Shown: positions 63,841-64,000 of the stretch, piece after piece | How the letters are laid out: the number at the start of each line of letters is the position of its first letter | How positions within the stretch are numbered: position 1 is the first letter of the stretch | From: Octopus bimaculoides | Taxonomy: Eukaryota | Assembly (NCBI RefSeq): GCF_001194135.2 | Contig: NC_068992.1 | Location: 1,860,775 to 1,924,774 of the forward strand | DNA length: 64,000 bases | Reading direction: 5' to 3' | Position numbers and translations under genes: made by a program | The notes under the pieces: model-generated | Told to the model about the DNA's origin: nothing | The model's database searches: none | Seen by the model: only the letters and a program-made list of their open reading frames with translations

Positions 63841-64000
63841 AATTGTATGTTGTAAATATCAGAGGCATAACAGAAGCAAATGATTCAATAATGGTTGTGG
63901 TAATTCCTCATGATACACTCAACAACAAACATGAATACCCATGCATAAATACAAAATCAGAAATTAGAAATACGCATGCGCACAACCTCATAGGTGTTCG

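Overview
AT-rich, repeat-dominated metazoan DNA with 18 N-gaps (roughly 6 kb), most of them flanked by microsatellites. I find no host protein-coding exon, rRNA, true tRNA gene or CRISPR array that I can support; nearly all long ORFs in the track are microsatellite or N-gap artefacts. The SINE types and extreme microsatellite load suggest a coleoid cephalopod, probably Octopus (inference). Recognisable content: four tRNA-headed SINE families (about 25 copies or fragments), two internally deleted DD37D/maT-type transposons, Tc1 and mariner 5' fragments, a decayed Helitron Rep region, the 3' end of an R4/Dong-clade retrotransposon beside a (TAA)n tract, a decayed Penelope-like element (PLE) and several foldbacks. 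The most notable signal is six or seven minimal type I hammerhead ribozyme motifs (CUGANGA...GAAA...UH) from at least five unrelated sequence families. One is essentially intact (53626-53670). One is the 3' part of a tRNA-promoter-headed SINE-like element (28325-28574), and a second copy at 48401 retains the bases that copy has lost. All alignments, translations and folds were done by eye; element boundaries are approximate.
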